NCBI RefSeq assembly: GCF_006345805.1
Contig: NC_043007.1
Location: 18,104,001 to 18,168,000 of the forward strand
Direction of reading: 5' to 3'
DNA: 64,000 nucleotides
Origin: Octopus sinensis
Lineage: Eukaryota
Position numbers and translations under genes: made by a program. Each line of letters begins with the position of its first letter. Within the stretch, counting starts at the first letter, position 1. A model generated the notes under the pieces. The model worked only from the letters and a program-made list of their open reading frames with translations, had not been told where the DNA came from and searched no databases. This document shows positions 63,530 to 64,000 of the stretch, piece after piece.

Positions 63530-63938
63530 TTACTCTTTTACTTGTTTCAGTCATGTGACTGTGGCCATGCTGGAGCACAGCCTTTAGTCGAGCAAATCAA
63601 CCCCACGACTTATTCTTTGTAAACCTAGTACTTATTCTATCGGTCTCTTTTGCCGAACTGCTAAGTTACAGGGACGTAAACACACCACCATTGGTTGTCA
63701 AGCAATGTCGGGGGGGGGGGACAAACACAGACACACAAACATATATAAATATATATATACACACATATATATATGACAGGGATCTTTCAGTTTCCGTCTA
63801 CCAAATCCACTCACAAGGCTTTGGTTGGCCCGAAGCTATAGTAGAAGACACTTGCCCAGGGTGCCATGCAGTGGGACTGAACCTGGAACCATGTGGTTGG
63901 TAAGCAAGCTACTTACCACACAGCCACTCCTACACCTA
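63530..63938 (-). mobile_element. Full-length Nin/Deu-like SINE
   Basis: Reverse complement of the family consensus. Confidence 0.85.
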
Positions 63939-64000
63939 TTGTAGAATCTTTAAAGAAGTAGGGACACAACTCAACTCTACTACCAATTCCTGTTGGTAAC

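Overview
AT-rich animal genomic DNA that is intronic or intergenic. The repeat families match my recollection of octopus (coleoid cephalopod) repeats; this is inferred, not searched. I found no host protein-coding gene, tRNA, rRNA or CRISPR array that I can support. Most ORFs in the track are microsatellite or repeat artefacts. The window is a dense mosaic of mobile DNA. It holds four tRNA-derived SINE families (likely Nin/Deu-, Meta-, Ceph- and CORE-domain types), many 5'-truncated RTE LINE copies, and a Penelope-like GIY-YIG fragment with an open frame. It also holds decayed mariner, maT/DD37D and Ty3/gypsy elements, non-autonomous Helitrons, and piggyBac-, hAT- and Tc1/pogo-type MITEs. The most notable observations are: a canonical C4HC3 PHD finger inside the RT domain of an RTE LINE; a Penelope element with a 102-bp tandem repeat that may be coding; degenerate minimal hammerhead motifs; a 248-bp orphan insertion with a 16-bp TSD; identical MITE multimer junctions at two loci 43 kb apart; a Helitron flanked by a 68-bp direct duplication; and several long fold-back structures. 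Coordinates of degenerate repeats are approximate.
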